A stretch of 64,000 nt of DNA, from positions 224,001-288,000 of the forward strand of contig CAWJJC010000027.1 of NCBI GenBank assembly GCA_963843145.1, given 5' to 3'. This DNA is from an uncultured delta proteobacterium. GTDB taxonomy: Bacteria; Desulfobacterota; RBG-13-43-22. Every line of letters begins with the position of its first letter. Position 1 is the first letter of the stretch. The notes under the pieces were generated by a model, which made no database searches, was not told the origin of the DNA, and saw only the letters and a program-made list of their open reading frames with translations. Positions 44,177-52,170 of this stretch are shown one piece after another. A program made the translations under genes and the position numbers.

Positions 44177-44750
44177 TCCCCTGCTGAAAAAAACCAAAAA
44201 TTTACCTACGGCGATTACCTATCGTGGACGGATGAAGAACGGTGGGAGATAATTGACGGAGAACCTTTTAATATAACCCCCACTCCCTCCCGACGGCATC
44301 AAGACGTCCTAATGGCCCTGGCCAGCAAATTTTACAATTTTTTGGAAGATAAACCCTGTGAAGTATACGTAGCCCCTTTTGATGTCCGCCTTCCGGAGGG
44401 CGATCAATCTGAAAAGGACATTACCTCGGTAGTTCAGCCGGACCTGACCGTTATCTGCGATCCCGCCAAACTGGACGACAAGGGCTGCCTGGGCAGTCCG
44501 GACCTGATCATCGAAATTATTTCCCCCTCCACCGCCGCCCATGATTACATCGAAAAACTAGCCTTGTACGAAAGCCGGCAGGTCCCGGAGTACTGGATCG
44601 TGCATCCCATTGATAAGACCGCCATGGTCTTTCAGTTGAACGACAACCATGAATACGGAAAACCTCGCATCTATGCTCGGGGATCACCAAATTCAAGTCG
44701 GCCTGTTCCCGGACCTGGTGATCGATCTAAAAAAGATATTCAGGGATTGA
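44171..44750 (+). CDS. Uma2-family endonuclease (frameshift near 44680)
   Basis: 'RWEIIDG', 'APFDVRL', 'VVQPDL', 'PDLIIEIISPST', 'VPEYWIVHP'; native tail ..LFPDLVIDLKKIFRD* lies in another frame. Confidence 0.9.
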
Positions 44751-44882
44751 CGACTGACACAGAATGTTTAAATTTTTGCTTTGAACCCGAAACCCGAAGG
44801 GCTATTGTTTCGATCATTTGGATTTTGAACATTCGGGCTTGTTTCGGATTTCGTGCTTCGAATTTCGGATTTAGGGATCACG

Positions 44883-45416
44883 ATGGAAATATATCCCCCT
44901 GATTTACAAGAAACCGTCCGCTTCCACGGGCATCTCTGCCCGGGCCTGCTCATCGGCTACCGGGCGGCGAAGGCGGCCATGGAAAAACTGGGCGTGACCC
45001 GTTCCGAAGACGAGGAACTGGTGGCCGTGGTGGAAAACCAGAGCTGCAGCGTCGACGCCGTGCAGTCCTTGTGCGGCTGCACCTTCGGCAAGGGCAATCT
45101 CTTTTTTCTGGATTATGGAAAACAGGTGTTTACGATCGGATCGCGCAAATCGGGAAAAACGGTACGGATCGCCCTGCGGGGAGACCTGGTCAAGCCGACC
45201 GGTCCCGACGGCCGGACCGACCGGGAAAAATTCATCGAGCAGCTTTTGAACGATCCCCTGGAGTCGCTCTACCGGGTCTCGGAACCCCAAATCGAATTCC
45301 CCGCCGAAGCCCAGATTTTCCCCACCCTCGTCTGCAGCCGCTGCGGCGAAGGCGTCATGGAAACCCGCACCGTCACCCGCGACGGCCGCCTCTACTGCAT
45401 ACCCTGCGCTCGCTAA
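44883..45416 (+). CDS. FmdE-family protein with C-terminal C4 zinc finger
   Basis: 'FHGHLCPG', 'ENQSCSVDAVQ..GCTFGKGN', 'CSRCGEGVME..CIPC'. Confidence 0.9.
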   Translation: MEIYPPDLQETVRFHGHLCPGLLIGYRAAKAAMEKLGVTRSEDEELVAVVENQSCSVDAVQSLCGCTFGKGNLFFLDYGKQVFTIGSRKSGKTVRIALRGDLVKPTGPDGRTDREKFIEQLLNDPLESLYRVSEPQIEFPAEAQIFPTLVCSRCGEGVMETRTVTRDGRLYCIPCAR

Positions 45417-45555
45417 CGAGGTGATCGGCTAACCTTCCCGGAAATCGCCGGCCAGCTCCAAAACCCGCTGCAACGAATCTGTATACCGGGGGCGGCGTAG
45501 ACTTGGGATCAAGTCGCCATAGTCATTAGAAATATCTAACCGGTGCAGCGACTTG

Positions 45556-45835
45556 TTAAGCCTTCTTTTCAACTAAATAGCCCGATACGTACTTATGAAT
45601 GATACTTGATACGAGAGTCTGGTATGGAATGCCTTCTCGTGCCGCAATTACCTGAACCTCGTCGAGATCCTTGGAAGACATTCGAATGTTAATCCTTTTA
45701 TCTTTTTGAAGGGTTTTTTGCGTATTGCTGGAGCTTCTTAAATTCCTTTTTTGCATTCTTGACCGGCACCCATTCTCCTCGTTCATATGATTCAAGGATA
45801 TCTTTTTCCTCTTCGTCCAATACTAACTTTTTCAT
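45556..45835 (-). CDS. RHH/CopG-like (BrnA-type) antitoxin, frameshift in an A-run
   Basis: MKKLVLDEEEKDILESYERGEW.. / ..KDKRINIRMSSKDL..EGIPYQTLVSSIIHKY. The stop lies in GCTTAAC, followed by the half attC aagtcgctgcaccgg. Confidence 0.8.
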
Positions 45836-45921
45836 GTCTTTAACCTCACGTACTTATTGGTAGCTTTTCTGCTGGGAATGATGGTCTTGAGGAATATTTC
45901 ATCATTATTTTCAACATACGG
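45832..45921 (-). pseudogene. 3' fragment of BrnT-like toxin
   Basis: PYVENNDEIFLKTIIPSRKATNKY; truncated exactly at the 16-bp repeat. Confidence 0.75.
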
Positions 45922-45948
45922 ATCAAGTCGCCATATTCCTGGAACTAT

Positions 45949-47064
45949 TTAATATGTCTCGTCATTGGAAGAGACGGCCGGTGAAAAAAACCCGGCGATA
46001 CCCTTGTAGATGGGTGTGAGAGAAGAGCGGTCGAAGCCGGGAGGGTCCTTTGCCCACGCACCCAGACCACGAACGATCTCGTCAGGCAGGGGGGAGAGGA
46101 TCGACATGTGACCTCCCCCCTTGAGCGTGCCAAGGGCCGTGCACGAGGAACAGGTCGCTTCCACGGCGAGTACGTGCCATCGGGGAGCGAGCACCTGATC
46201 CTTGTCGGCGGAGATGAGACCCGTTGAAGCGCGAAGGGCGCGGAGGCTTGCCGGGTCGATGACGGCGGCCACCGGCACTGCCGCAACCACCGCCTTCACC
46301 CGGCCGTCCTGATGGCCGTATTCCCTGCTGTCCACCTTGCCGGACTTGGCCCCCTCCACGAATTGTTTCTTGAGACGTTCCATCATCTCCTGGTCAAGTT
46401 TTCCCGCGACCATTTCCCGGAAGGCGCAGAACCCCTTATCTTCTTCGAGGTGATCGGCACAATGCTGGACGAGGCGATTCAGGCTCCACGTGGCGCCCGC
46501 AAACTCGAGGGCCGTGAGCCCTCCCGCCGACATGCCGAAGACACCGACTTTGTCCCTGTTGAGCAGGGGGGCAAAACGCCGTTCTCCCTGAACCCGGTCA
46601 ATAGCCGAGGACACCTCGGCCGGTCGTAGCTTCCAAGATTCAGGGCCGGTCTTCGTCTGATCCCGCCAGTTGTCGCCCTGGTGTTCCGGCGCCGCAACGA
46701 CGAACCCTGCCTCCACGAGGACGCGCGCCAGGTCGTGATACAACATGGCGGAGCCCCCCGACCCGTGAGAGAGTATGATCAGGCCGCCGTTGCCGCGAAT
46801 GGGCGCACCATCCCAAGCGGCGCTCAGCACGAAGGGACCCCTGGTGAGGGTAGTTTCCGGAGCATCGCTCGGGTACCAGAGGGTGATTGGGCCGGAAGGC
46901 GATCCCTGACCCGACAGCGCGGGAAGGGTGGCGCTACCCATGGCCCTTACCGGAGAAGGACCGGCCAGAACCATTGCCAATATGAGGAACGGAAGAAAAG
47001 AAAAAACGGTCGAAATTGCGAAACATCGACTAAGACGGGTCATGACGAACATCCTCACTTTCAT
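45949..47064 (-). CDS. Secreted alpha/beta hydrolase (dienelactone-hydrolase-like)
   Basis: Signal peptide, 'LWYP', 'SHGSGG', nucleophile GMSAGG, 'DQVL', 'GGHMS'. Confidence 0.85.
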   Translation of the reverse strand: MKVRMFVMTRLSRCFAISTVFSFLPFLILAMVLAGPSPVRAMGSATLPALSGQGSPSGPITLWYPSDAPETTLTRGPFVLSAAWDGAPIRGNGGLIILSHGSGGSAMLYHDLARVLVEAGFVVAAPEHQGDNWRDQTKTGPESWKLRPAEVSSAIDRVQGERRFAPLLNRDKVGVFGMSAGGLTALEFAGATWSLNRLVQHCADHLEEDKGFCAFREMVAGKLDQEMMERLKKQFVEGAKSGKVDSREYGHQDGRVKAVVAAVPVAAVIDPASLRALRASTGLISADKDQVLAPRWHVLAVEATCSSCTALGTLKGGGHMSILSPLPDEIVRGLGAWAKDPPGFDRSSLTPIYKGIAGFFSPAVSSNDETY

Positions 47065-47240
47065 AGGTGGTTTTTCGCGGGGGTTAGTCGGGGTCCGTCG
47101 GGGGAGTCGGGCCACGCCAACCAATTGATAATTAAACATTGTCAAACCGTACTGCTTCCTGGCCAAGTATAACCACTTTTAGAGAGCAAGATTGCCAACA
47201 ATCTATCTAAAATCAGTTAGTTCGCGTGGCCAGACCCAAA

Positions 47241-47387
47241 GCTGTTAACTTAACAGATTTAGTCCTAAAATTAAGTCGTTGCCGTCATTCCGGCGGAAAG
47301 CCGGAATCCAGATTTTTCAGGCCTTCTGGACCCCGCCTTTCGCCGGGATGACACTTTAGGCAAGGGAATTACCCTTAAGTTAACAGC
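47241..47387. mobile_element. MITE-like element with 13-bp perfect TIRs around a REP doublet
   Basis: gctgttaacttaa ... ttaagttaacagc; internal gtcattccggcggaaagccggaatccag...ccgggatgac. Confidence 0.7.
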
Positions 47388-47421
47388 ATTGGGCCCGACC
47401 CCCATTCCGATCCCCACGAAG

Positions 47422-47464
47422 TGAAACGACATTTTAGGATCGTCTCAATCCTAATTGGTTAGGC
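47422..47464. other. attC-like hairpin (truncated copy of 48302-48357)
   Basis: tgaaacgacattttaggatcgtctcaatcctaattgGTTAGGC overlaps the DUF2442 stop. Confidence 0.65.
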
Positions 47465-47701
47465 CGGGACGGATTGTGCCCAAAGTGTCTCGGGTGCAAT
47501 ATCTATATTTCCGGGCCAAACTACGGTTCCATATCCGACAGATGCCTTAAAGAAAAGAGGAGAATTAAAGAGTTTGACAAATGGCTTTTTATTAAGAAAA
47601 GGCTTCATGTCAAATAGTCGTTTATCCCCATTTTCAAAAACAAGCTCTAACGTATAGTCCTCATGACTTTTCACGCTGATAACATCCATCAGTGTTTCCA
47701 T
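47459..47701 (-). CDS. DUF2442-family protein (antitoxin-like), orphan
   Basis: 'LELVFENGDKRLFDM', 'GTVVWPGNIDIAPETLW'. Confidence 0.85.
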   Translation of the reverse strand: METLMDVISVKSHEDYTLELVFENGDKRLFDMKPFLNKKPFVKLFNSPLFFKASVGYGTVVWPGNIDIAPETLWAQSVPA

Positions 47702-47899
47702 TATGTCAGTAAAACCGTCTCCTTAATTCGCCCTTTTATAAAGAGGATGTTGTTAATTTTATTCACTTTTAGGATTACCACAGTTTAGTCTACTAGTAAA
47801 CCTCAAAAAAAGTTATCACTAATGAAAAGGGGTGATTCTTTAAGCAAGAAAGAAGAAGTATCATGATGACCGATTTGATATGACAAGACGATCCAAGCC

Positions 47900-48305
47900 C
47901 TCATCAAAGTGAAAAATACACCGTCTTCTTCTGCTATCCCAAACCCGGGAGCCGGCGGTTGAGAACGATGGCCCTTGATTCCCTGGAATTCATCCGGCGT
48001 TTCCTTCATCACGGGTCTTACGCCTCAATTGACCTTCGACAGTTCTTGAACGGTCTGCCTACGACCCTTTTCTTAAATCCAAAATGTCAAAGAACTAAAT
48101 CGGCAGGGACTTCTATGCCCTGAGTCTGAAAAACCAATTGATTCTTCCAAATGATGGGTGAAAATGGCGAAGTTTACTTTCTTAAACCACTTTACCTGTC
48201 CTCTTCCGGTCTTCTTGGTCCGACACCTTCTCTGATCCACTCCTCAGTCTTCCCACCTCTTACCTTTACCCTATATACTTCATCTAAATATAGCCGGGCT
48301 TCTTG
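47900..48305 (+). mobile_element. IS91-family (Y2 HUH) remnant
   Basis: Own translation ~47918-48012: TVFFCYPKPGSRRLRTMALDSLEFIRRFLHH (IS91 'EFIRRFLxH' motif); ends in gccgggcttcttgaac. Confidence 0.7.
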
Positions 48306-48357
48306 AACAAGGGATTGAAACGACCTTTCAGGATCGTCTCAATCCTTATGGTTATGC
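48302..48357. other. attC-like hairpin at the IS91/cassette junction
   Basis: cttgAAC-aagggattgaaacgac..atcgtctcaatcc-ttatg-GTTATGC. Confidence 0.7.
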
Positions 48358-49403
48358 GCCTCTTTTTGGTCTGATCTCCACGGATAGTTTCCAGAGTAGC
48401 GGTCCCGTAGTTCTTCAATCGTTGATTCGGCCCATTGGACGGCTTCGATCAAAACCTTTTCGATGTCGGTAAAATCGTATTCGATCTCCAAGATGGTTTG
48501 GAAGTCACACTTAGGCCACGGGTGACAAACGTCGATTGGGAGCCACGCAGTCTCATCACAATTGTTGTCACGCGGAGCATTTCTATGATTGGAAGCTCCG
48601 CCGCCTGTCCAGCACGTGATGAATCGTCCACTACAACGAACCGACACACAGGCGCTACCGCCGTAAGTTTCTGACGCAAATCGTACTCGGGCACTTCACG
48701 CACATCCTGGAGGGTAAAGCCGTAGTACCCCAGGGCACCAAGAACTCCGTGATTCTCTGAATACGCTCTGTGCCCTCCGGACCGAAATCGCCAAGGAGAA
48801 GGACATGCCCCTTCTTGAAGCGTTCTAAATAATCGCTGACGGTCGTCTTGAATCGCTTCACGCCGCCGGCGTAAACGCTCGCCTGCACAAGCACTTCATC
48901 CATTGCCCGCTCTACAGCCTTTTCAACCGACCAGTAATCGGATGCCCTGTTGGCGAAAAACTCGGCGTAAGAAATCCGCCGAGACTGTCGCCTAAACGTC
49001 CACTGAAGATTTTCAAGTGTGACGGAAGCTTCCGGCCCTTCAAGCCGAAGTGGAATTCGGTCTTCAACAGTGCAGGATACCATTTTGAAGTCGCGCCCGG
49101 TCAGACAAATAGAAATCCCCATCATTTTCGATGAGCCCTCTCGGATAGCCATAGAAGTACTCATCCGCGTGACGGCTGCCAAAAGAAGCCTCTATCGTGC
49201 CGGTGGTACCTGGCCATACTCGTAGCCGACTCCGTAAGTCGTTGATACGTAACCAACAACCTTAGAGTCTTGCAGATGCCGAACCCGTAGCAAATCCCTG
49301 CGATACTCCTCGGGCACGTAGGTAACGAGTTTGTCGAATAAACGCGGTGGAACGTTTCAAGATATGCACGAAAATCATCATTTGTGATATTTGACATGGA
49401 CAC
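48339..49403 (-). CDS. Cassette gene (4 frameshifted pieces) with C-terminal TIR/nucleoside-deoxyribosyltransferase-like domain
   Basis: Stitched: ..HVLLLGDFGPEGTERIQRI../GYYGFTLQDVREVPEYDLRQKLTAVAPVCRFVVVDDSSRAGQAAEL.. Starts right after the attC GTTAGCC. Confidence 0.6.
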
Positions 49404-49425
49404 CCATCAACATTCTCTTATTCTG

Positions 49426-49483
49426 GGCTAACGTTCAAATCAGCGGCGCGGCTTTTTGCGTCCGCTGAATTTATTTGTTGACA
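49426..49483 (-). other. Integron attC site
   Basis: Minus strand tgtcAAC-aaata-aattcagcgg-acgcaaaaagccgcg-ccgctgattt-gaac-GTTAGCC; 58 bp. R'' pairs with the cassette start GTTGGCA at 50283-50289. Confidence 0.9.
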
Positions 49484-50273
49484 AATTGTTTATTTTAAAT
49501 TCTGGTAAGCACAAATATGCATCTGAAATATCTTTATCAATATCGTCTTTGTAAATATTTTTTAATTCTTTCACATGATGCACATATTTTTCTTTTAACC
49601 ATTGATATTTAATAAGTATTGAAGGATCAGAACTCTTTAATCCTTCTTTGATAATTTGACCTAACTCATGCATATACTGTGGATAGTCATATGTAGGATC
49701 ATCAAGCTCGGATTGTGATTCTGTTATATAATCTATGTAATACATTCCATCTGAATCTTTCTTCAACAGACTCATGATGCTTTCTTTTTCATGATGGGCA
49801 AAATGGTGTTTCCCATGAGCCTTCATGCCAGAAATAATTATCGACTCATCAAGGATAACTCTTGGATAGAGAGCCGCTTTTGATTCAAGCGTATATGCAT
49901 TGACCATTGCAGGGCCAAATAAATATTTCTCTGTATGGACAAGCTTCCCTCTAACAATTCCTCCACGGCATAAAATTCCATGACGTACTAAGCTTATTTG
50001 GATCCATAGAATCGTCAATAATGAATTAAAGACACCACTTTCTTCATCAGATAGGAAAGAGATAACCAATGAGTCTGAAAACTGTGTGATTTGCTTCCCC
50101 TCATTTCCTTCTGGCTTGTCCATGTCCGTAAAATATCTAATTGCTTCTATTGAACTTGCAATATTATCGATATTTTTTATATTTTCTTTATTATCTTTAG
50201 TGTCTGTTTTTTTGACATGAGCCTTGAAACCAAGGATGTCCATAAAACAGACAATTCTATCTTCGTATTCCAT
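49440..50273 (-). CDS. AT-rich cassette gene with class III nucleotidyl-cyclase-like fold
   Basis: 'FMDILGFK', 'QFSDSLVIS', 'CRGGIVRG', 'FGPAMVNAYTLES..YPRVI'; RBS AGAGG just after GTTGGCA. Confidence 0.75.
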   Translation of the reverse strand: MEYEDRIVCFMDILGFKAHVKKTDTKDNKENIKNIDNIASSIEAIRYFTDMDKPEGNEGKQITQFSDSLVISFLSDEESGVFNSLLTILWIQISLVRHGILCRGGIVRGKLVHTEKYLFGPAMVNAYTLESKAALYPRVILDESIIISGMKAHGKHHFAHHEKESIMSLLKKDSDGMYYIDYITESQSELDDPTYDYPQYMHELGQIIKEGLKSSDPSILIKYQWLKEKYVHHVKELKNIYKDDIDKDISDAYLCLPEFKINNLSTNKFSGRKKPRR

Positions 50274-50712
50274 TTTTCCTCTTGCCAACAATATATTGAA
50301 TAGTTTCTTTTCAAATACTAAGCAGTTCCGCAATTATCAAAAATAAACGTGAATTCAATTGATAGATCTAATTGATATTATTATATTATTTAAGTTGTTC
50401 AATACCGAATTAGTATTCTTGGGAGGTTTCTTTTCAATGTCTAGGCTACCCGTGCGGGAAAAGATAGATCCTGGACCAGCGCGTCTGAGCCGATCCGGGT
50501 CCACCCAGGGGCGGATGGGGATGAACGGCTCGACTGAGCCTTTCGATAAACTCAAGGCCCCGAGCCGGTCGACGGGCTCGCCGAAGTCCGGTCGAAGGGC
50601 TCGCCGAAGTCCCCTACCCTACTTCAAAAACTTCGAAATTCGAAATTCAGCGTTCGAAGTTCGACATTCGTTTTTAATTTTGTATTAAACCCCCATGGCC
50701 CAGGGGCCACCC

Positions 50713-50897
50713 ACGAAGCATGAAAATGGCCTTAAGCCAGTATAAGTCGTCATTCCGGACAAGTGAAGCGCGATCCGGAATCCAGGGCCGTGAAGGTCTT
50801 GGGTCACCTCGATCCCGGATCGAGTCCGGGATGACGGCAAAAACAAAACGCCTAAAAAGCGGTGATCAATTCTATTTTCGTATTAACCCCTATGCCC
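50713..50897 (+). repeat. ~180-bp REP-containing element, copy 2
   Basis: Homologous to 43994-44176. Confidence 0.8.
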
Positions 50898-50937
50898 GGA
50901 AGGAAACCAGCAAAACATGTAAATAGCAAATCATGAG

Positions 50938-50963
50938 AGCACAGCCGAGGGCGGCTGTGCTAC
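50938..50963 (-). repeat. GTAG-type REP / possible terminator hairpin downstream of pdxJ
   Basis: Minus strand GTAG-CACAGCCG-CCCT-CGGCTGTG-CT, perfect stem. Confidence 0.7.
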
Positions 50964-50991
50964 ACAAATAAAATCGTTTTACAACGGTCAC

Positions 50992-51720
50992 CTATGACAA
51001 CTGCTCGATCAAGGCGATCATCTCCCGCACCGCCTGATCCAACCCCACGTAGATGGCCCGGGCCATCAGGCTGTGACCGATGCTGTATTCCTCTATCTCC
51101 CCTACCCCGGCAAAGCGCTTGATATTGACATAGTTCAACCCATGGCCGGCGCTGACCTTCAGTCCCAGGCCGGCGGCCTGTTCGGACCCCTCCCGGATCC
51201 GCTCGAAGAGCTTAACGGCTTCCTTTTCGTTGCGGGCATTGGCGTAGTGGCCGGTATGGAGCTCCACGATATCGGCCCCCACCTCCCGGGAGGCCTGGAT
51301 TTGAGCGGGGTCGGCATCGATGAACAGGCTGACGTCGATGCGGGCCCGGTGAAAGCGGCCGATGATCTGGGAGAGGCGCTTTTTCTGTTTGACGATTTCC
51401 AGCCCCCCCTCGGTGGTCAGCTCCTGCCGCTTTTCCGGGACCAGCGTGACCAGATCCGGTTTGGTCTTCAGGGCGATGCGGATGATCTCTTCGGCCGCGC
51501 CCATTTCCAGGTTCAACTTAGTCTGGACGGTTTCCCGCAGCAGACGGAGGTCCCGGTCCTGGATGTGCCTCCGGTCTTCGCGCAGGTGCACGATAATGCC
51601 TTCGGCCCCGGCCAGTTCGGCGATGCCGGCGGCCAGCACCGGATCGGGTTCGATACCCCTGCGGGCCTGCCGCAGGGTGGCCACGTGATCCACGTTGACG
51701 GCCAAACGTGCTTTGGACAT
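50992..51720 (-). CDS. pdxJ: Pyridoxine 5'-phosphate synthase
   Basis: 'LAVNVDHVATLRQAR', 'HLREDRRHIQ', 'VPEKRQELTTEGGL', 'ELHTG', 'AGHGLNY'; own AGGAGG RBS. Confidence 0.97.
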   Translation of the reverse strand: MSKARLAVNVDHVATLRQARRGIEPDPVLAAGIAELAGAEGIIVHLREDRRHIQDRDLRLLRETVQTKLNLEMGAAEEIIRIALKTKPDLVTLVPEKRQELTTEGGLEIVKQKKRLSQIIGRFHRARIDVSLFIDADPAQIQASREVGADIVELHTGHYANARNEKEAVKLFERIREGSEQAAGLGLKVSAGHGLNYVNIKRFAGVGEIEEYSIGHSLMARAIYVGLDQAVREMIALIEQLS

Positions 51721-52170
51721 AAAAACATTCCTCCTTTGTTCTTTCCCCATCCGTTCCACGATCTCCCCGGTGCGAAGTTCCATGAGCCGCTCCTCTTCCT
51801 TCGATCGTTCATGGTCATACCCTTGGAGGTGCAGCCAGCCGTGCACGATCAGGAAAAACACCCGATCCAGCAGAGAGGTCCCATACTCCCGGGCCTCGCG
51901 GGCCGCTGTTTCCGTGGAGACGACGATGTCACCCCAGAGACCGGGATTAATTTCCGGAAAAAGTCCCTCGCGCAGGGAAAAAGCTAAAACATTCGTCGGC
52001 CCGGGCCGGTTGAGGTACCGCCGATTATAGCGCGAAATCTCCCGGTCCTCCACCAGCAACAGGCTCACTTCACCCGCTTGAGGCTCCAAGACCCTTATCA
52101 GCGACGGCAGCCTTTGTTGAATTTCCTTCAAAGGAATCCAATTCTGGCGATTGTTTAGTTGAATCTCCAT
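51721..52170 (-). CDS. ybeY: rRNA maturation endoribonuclease YbeY (reads in frame into pdxJ)
   Basis: 'NRRYLNRPGPTNVLAF', 'GDIVVS', 'HGWLHLQGYDH'. Confidence 0.92.

Larger units (their letters stand above)
45506..45935. repeat. Perfect 16-bp direct repeat pair C (45506-45521 / 45920-45935)
   Basis: ggatcaagtcgccata occurs twice. Confidence 0.9.

Noticed and set aside
50359-50688. ORF as integron integrase
   Set aside because: Mostly translated REP/heptamer repeats; no tyrosine recombinase RHRY residues.
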